A stretch of 63,194 bases of DNA, the filler included, from Craspedostauros australis (Eukaryota): assembly GCA_030167865.1 (NCBI GenBank). It is 12 parts of 12 records of this genome, joined end to end, with 100 filler letters (N's around TTAATTAATTAA, not from the genome) between each part and the next. Parts side by side here need not be neighbours in the genome. Positions count along the whole stretch, not along the records: positions 55,518 to 61,862 come from JALAGF010006614.1; positions 61,963 to 63,194 come from JALAGF010006616.1; 10 more parts are not named here. One strand, given 5' to 3'. Made by a program: the position numbers and the translations under genes. Every line of letters starts with the position of its first letter. Position 1 is the stretch's first letter. The notes below the pieces were generated by a model. That model saw only the letters and a list, made by a program, of their open reading frames with translations, was not told the origin of the DNA and ran no database searches. Positions 58,120-63,194 of this stretch are shown one piece after another.

Positions 58120-59359
58120 TGTTGGCAAGTTCTGTGCATGGATACTGCTGGACTGTAGATGTTGGCAGTGATGTTACGTTGATATCTCCTATTTCATTAC
58201 TCTGCTTGCCAACGCATGATATCTCTTGTGGCTGTTGTCTTCAATGCTCTCAAAGTCTCTTTCACTACTCTCAGAGTCTCTCCCAACTATGAGTCGGCAC
58301 CTGAGATCCTATCTCGCTATTTCATGTATTCTCTTCTCTCTCTCTAACAAACGAACGAGCGAACGTTTTATGGACACTGACAGGAAGGTGAGGGTGCGGC
58401 TGTGGTGCCGAAGGAACTGCACCGCACGGAAGAAGACCTTATCCACGGTAACAACGTAGTTTAAATGTACCGAACACTGTTTTTATGAGTTGAGCACTTG
58501 TGCTTCGCGGTTACTTCGTCAGCGGTTTCAAACTGGTGGGCTGCAGGCACTGCCAGGGAAGCAGTGCAGCAGCATTAGGAGGTGGAGGAGGTGTGTCATT
58601 GGCACACGAATCAAGCAATTGCAACGGAAATTTTGAGAACAAGTGACGTTGGCGATAGCGCCATAGGCGCTGGTGCCAAGGTAATGGCAGCAAGCGAGCA
58701 TGGCAAAGCCGGGCGATGCTGACCGAAGGCCTTCCGAAAAAAGGAAAACTCTTTCTCTCTCTCTCTCTCTCAGCCGTAGGCCGTTCTCTCTCTCTCTCTC
58801 TCTTGTGTGTGTTAATACCATGTGTGTTTTCGTGTATTCAACATGCCCTCGATCATCCCTCTCACAATGACCTACTACGTCACATGTAGTAGTCAGTGTC
58901 GTGCACACTCTGCACCTTGCACTTTCCACAATCACAATGGCACCTTGGTTGTAGATTCCTGCCTTCTGTTCTGATCTGTAGCCAGCTGTCGATCTGGATG
59001 ACGATGACTTCTGAGTCAATGTCAGTCATTGTTGTTTCATGCTTGTGCTGATTCCACATTCCATTGATGATGCTGCAGGAAAATCACATTGGTGTCACTT
59101 CAGGTTTAGTTGTGAAGTATGTCGATTTGAAATCGATGTTACATGTGTCTCTCAGTTGATGGACAGACCGGATTCCTGATACTCTCAGAAATGATTGTAC
59201 ACAAATTTCTCCAAAATTGTGGACTCATTGGCATGCGTAAATTTGTATTGTCATTCACTCGATCACAGATTGCGAATGGCACAAATTTTATTGCTGGTTG
59301 CGCATAGAGGACGAGAACAATGGGTGAGCAATGCACATACACATATGCACATTCAGACA
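58120..59359 (-). mobile_element. Diverged 5' LTR related to family B, containing a ~450-bp insertion
   Basis: TGTTGGCAAGTTC start on +; ACTATGAGTCGGCAC, AGGTTTAGTTG and GATGGACAGAC blocks are collinear with 26855-27660. Confidence 0.75.
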
Positions 59360-60215
59360 ATCTGCTACAACCTTTTGATCTGTTCGCGTTGTTCATCCAT
59401 CTTGGGAACTTGTGTCACACCAAATTTCTCTTTGCGTCCGTCAGTGGCTATGCTGATGAATGCTTGGACTTCTTATACTGGTGTTGTTTTGCCTGCGGTT
59501 GCTGTTGCTTTCCCACACCATCTGTATTGTTGCTTCATCATGCCCTTCACCAAGTTGTGGATCAACCGGCCCTCCTCTGCCAGCACTGCCTTGTAGGTGA
59601 ACCACTTGGCTGCGTTCTGGACTTTGCCTAGTAGAGACTTCCACATGCTTGTCATTGATTTCTTGCCATGGACACTCTCTCATCATTTTCTCCTTGAGCA
59701 AGAGCACTCCTCTTCTCCAGTTCCTTGTTCCTGGCCTTTGTTGCTGCAGCCTTGACAGCCCTTGCTTGCAACTGTCTGCTTCTGCCTATGCCATTGGCAG
59801 TCTCCTTATGGATTTTTGTCTTTTTGCTGGCTGTTGTCACTGTTTGTGCCACCTTTTTTGTATCCATTCTATGGTTAACGCAAGCCAACTTTGGTACTGT
59901 CTTGGCATTTGCGTTCATCTGTTGTAATAGTTTTGCTTGCTTCTACTTTTTGGTTTCTCTGGTCTCTGGTGTTATCATAATCTCTTTCTATAGTTGCGCT
60001 CGTTGGCGCTTGCTGGATCCCTCTTTGGATGCTATTCTCTTCCTCACACGTTTTCTTGCTGCAGCAAGTTCTGCTTTTACTGCCTTCGACATCCTTGCTG
60101 GACTTTGAACGTTGCCATCACATCTTCTTGTCACTTCCACGGTAGTCCTTTGCAGAAATGGCAGCTTGGAGTGTGCTGATTGCTCTGCTCGTTCCTGTAT
60201 GATTGGCATGTACTG

Positions 60216-60929
60216 TGATAATCAGCAATTACACACAGGACAAGATGGGAGCACCAAACACTGCACTTACTACGCCGCCAGGGTGATCAAGCCAGGAGGT
60301 GGAGTTGGTGTGTTTGGTGTTGTTGTTGTTGCTATTAGTTGGTGTGTCAATTGATGATTGAGTTTGGATTATGAGATGATGATCTCCTATTGCTAATGAT
60401 GGTGCCTATTGCACGGGTTTCTAATGTGCTGCTCGATTACCTCGTGGTTTCTCTCGCAGTCTTCCCTAAAACATTGCCCAAGATGGCATGTCGGTCTACA
60501 CGATATCTCGTGTTATTCTCGCCTTTGGGTCTTTCTTCATCTCTGTCTGATCCTGTCTGCCTTGATCTCTGTTTGATTACATAATGGTTGATCCGTCTAC
60601 GTCGGCGTGGTGCTTGCATCATCCCTGACGATGTTGTTCTGGATCCTAAGTATTGTTGCCACGTGCTCAATGATGCACTCGGTCATGCTAGACAGGTCAG
60701 CATACCATGACTAATATATAATCTCGATTCCGAGGATCACACTGACTGATCCTCTGATGTCATTGATGATGTCAGTGACTACGTCAGGACGGATGACAGT
60801 AGTGACTGAATATCATCCGTGTAATCAAGACTCATCCGACTATACTCTCAAATCGAGTCGAACCAAAAATATTGAGTCACGTTTTAGTCATGTGAGATGG
60901 GTACCTTAATTTCGATCTAGATGTTGATA
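60216..60929 (-). mobile_element. 3' LTR (family A, TA..CA) preceded by PPT AGGGGAG
   Basis: Inverted homologue of 8029-8733; PPT at 60930-60936. Confidence 0.93.
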
Positions 60930-60953
60930 CTCCCCTATGGTCGGGAGTCTTGT

Positions 60954-61862
60954 TCATCCACCCAGAGTCTCTCCTTTCCAAAATAGAAGCGGCCTCACTA
61001 ACGGCCAGTACTTTGCCCATGGAAGGAACTTGGTCATGACGTCGGCTACGTTTTCTGTTCCGTCTATCTTGCAGAAATGCAGGATCTTCGCAGCTACTGC
61101 GGCACGCACGCGGTGGTACGCCAATGCATTGTGTCGTTTGGACAACACACTGTTGGGAATGGTGGAGGATGTGATCACGCTCTGGTTGTCTCCGAACATC
61201 CAGGCGGGTCCATCCAGTGGAATCCCCATTGCACGAAGAGTGAGGCGCATCGCAATCACTTGCTCTGTTGCCTGTCTTGCCGCGACGAATTCCGATNNNN
61301 NNNNNNNNNNNNNNNNNNNNNNNNNNNNNNNNNNNNNNNNNNNNNNNNNNNNNNNNNNNNNNNNNNNNNNNNNNNNNNNNNNNNCACTTTGCAGTGCATG
61401 AGGTTGGCATCTACAAACGTCGTCATTCGAACTGCCTTGCCCTTGGGTGTTGGATCGTCGTCTGCGGTTTCCTCTTCATCGTCACCATACACAGAGTACA
61501 TCCATTCATGGTCAGGGATCTCAAAGTAGCGCTCGTGATCTGGAATTCCCGTTCTGAACCTGATGGCGGCGTCAGAACGCTTTCGGAGGTATCCATACAC
61601 ACGTTTAGCGCGGTCCATGTGACCAATCCTGGGTTGGGCTCTGAATCTAGACAAAGTCATCACGGCTGCAGCAATATCAAACCGACCCAATGTGATGCAC
61701 CATTGAAGGGCGCCAATGAGTGATTGGAATTGTCGGGTTTCTACAGGGTTTAGTTCGCGCGATGTGTCTAGCTCGGGAGCGTCGTTGTGTTCCATGGGAC
61801 TGGTGTAGGTCCGTGGAAGCTCCCCATGCACCTGTTCGTAATTCGCCAGCATCCGTTTGATG
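60954..61862 (-). mobile_element. Ty1/copia (CoDi-like) RT end and RNase H
   Basis: GALQW..GRFDI, FVDAN, FGDNQSV..KRHNALAYHRVR..NVADVMTK. Confidence 0.95.
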
Positions 61863-61962
61863 NNNNNNNNNNNNNNNNNNNNNNNNNNNNNNNNNNNNNN
61901 NNNNNNTTAATTAATTAANNNNNNNNNNNNNNNNNNNNNNNNNNNNNNNNNNNNNNNNNNNN

Positions 61963-62274
61963 AATCGATTGGGGCGATTGCAGCACGAGCGAATCATCCG
62001 ATGATGATGACGATTCCTCCTACGACGACGAGCTGGCAATCATGGTCGTGGATCGCACGCGCTTTCGTGCATCCGACCACCACACCGACACACCTGATCA
62101 ACACACATGGCTCGCCGACAGTGGAGCCTCATGCCACATTGTGAATTCGGACAAGGGGATGTTCAACGTCTGCCACATCCAATCCTTCGTGAAGGTCGGT
62201 GACAACACACAACTCAACTCACCAAAGATGGGATCCATCTATCTCCGAGTGAAGCAACGCGATAACACACAGCG
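61963..62274 (+). mobile_element. Ty1/copia protease fragment
   Basis: TWLADSGASCHIVNSD..SPKMGSI; close homologue of the protease at 32640-32800. Confidence 0.9.
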
Positions 62275-63194
62275 TGATAGACAGCAATTACACACAGGAC
62301 AAGAAGGGGAGCACCAAACACTGCACTTACTACGCCGCCAGGGTGATCAAGCCAAGAGGTGGAGTTGGTGTGTTTGGTGTATTTGGTTGCTATGTTATTG
62401 GTGTGTCAATTGATGATTGAGTGTGAATTATGAGATGATGATCTCCTATTTCTAATGATGGTGCCTATTGCACGGTTGCTAACATGCTGCTCGATTACCT
62501 CGTGGTTTATNNNNNNNNNNNNNNNNNNNNNNNNNNNNNNNNNNNNNNNNNNNNNNNNNNCGTCACGAACGCGTTGGGCCTTTCTTGGGCCGGAATCAAA
62601 AGGAAGGGGACAGCGTGATGTCACCAGGGCATGCGCAGCACTTCGGTATCCGTTCACTCTCACGATAGATGCTTGCGACTGTTAATCTGATAAACAGCAA
62701 TTACACACAGGACAAGAAGGGGAGCACCAAACACTGCACTTACTACGCCGCCAGGGTGATCAAGCCAAGAGGTGGAGTTGGTGTGTTTGGTGTATTTGGT
62801 TGCTATGTTATTGGTGTGTCAATTGATGATTGAGTGTGAATTATGAGATGATGATCTCCTATTTCTAANGATGGTGCCTATTGCACGGTTGCTAACATGC
62901 TGCTCGATTACCTCGTGGTTTATCTCGCAGTCTTTCCTAAAACATTGCCCAAGATGGCATGTTGATTTACACGATATCCCATGTTATTCTTGCCCTTGGG
63001 TCTTTCTTCATCTCTCCTGGTCTTGCCTAATCTTGACCTCTGTTTGATCACATATGGATTGATCCGTCTACGTCGACGGGGTGCATGCATCACCCCTGAC
63101 GATGTTGTTTTGGATCCTAAGTATTGTTGCCACGTGCTCGATGATGCACTCGGCATGGCTAGACAGGTCAGCGTACCATGACTAAAACATAATC
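62275..63194 (-). mobile_element. Two family A LTR ends (62275-62510 and 62688-63194) with different flanks
   Basis: TGATA(G/A)ACAGCAATTACACACAGG starts, homologous to 60216 onward. Confidence 0.88.

Noticed and set aside
59360..60215. Fragmented basic ORFs on the minus strand between two LTRs
   Set aside because: Probably a decayed TE gene, but no diagnostic motif supports a call.

Overview
Eukaryotic DNA, most consistent with a diatom: GT-AG introns, diatom-type cyclase-PDE fusion and kinase, CoDi-like Copia elements. The window is 12 separate scaffolds joined by an artificial N44-TTAATTAATTAA-N44 linker (at 10383, 15963, 26085, 28823, 32179, 33852, 37275, 39048, 54005, 55462, 61907), so adjacency across linkers means nothing. 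Most of it is nested transposons: a Mutator/foldback family carrying ~195-bp internal tandem repeats, a TIR element with a TA/ATAT target duplication, RT-RNase H non-LTR elements, Ty1/copia and Ty3/gypsy fragments, and several LTR families, three with non-TG..CA ends. Host genes: a 20-repeat ankyrin-BTB/BACK protein, three tandem Myb/trihelix-like paralogues, an RNI-like LRR protein, a TM-anchored protein, an intron-containing membrane protein, a protein kinase and a transmembrane cyclase-phosphodiesterase fusion. The best candidate for a new system is the ankyrin-BTB gene. Its near-identical 102-bp repeats vary mainly at binding-surface codons, which are combinatorially reassorted, like a natural DARPin library on a Cullin-3 adaptor. 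Family names come from recognised motifs; no searches were run. No RNA genes or CRISPR arrays were found.
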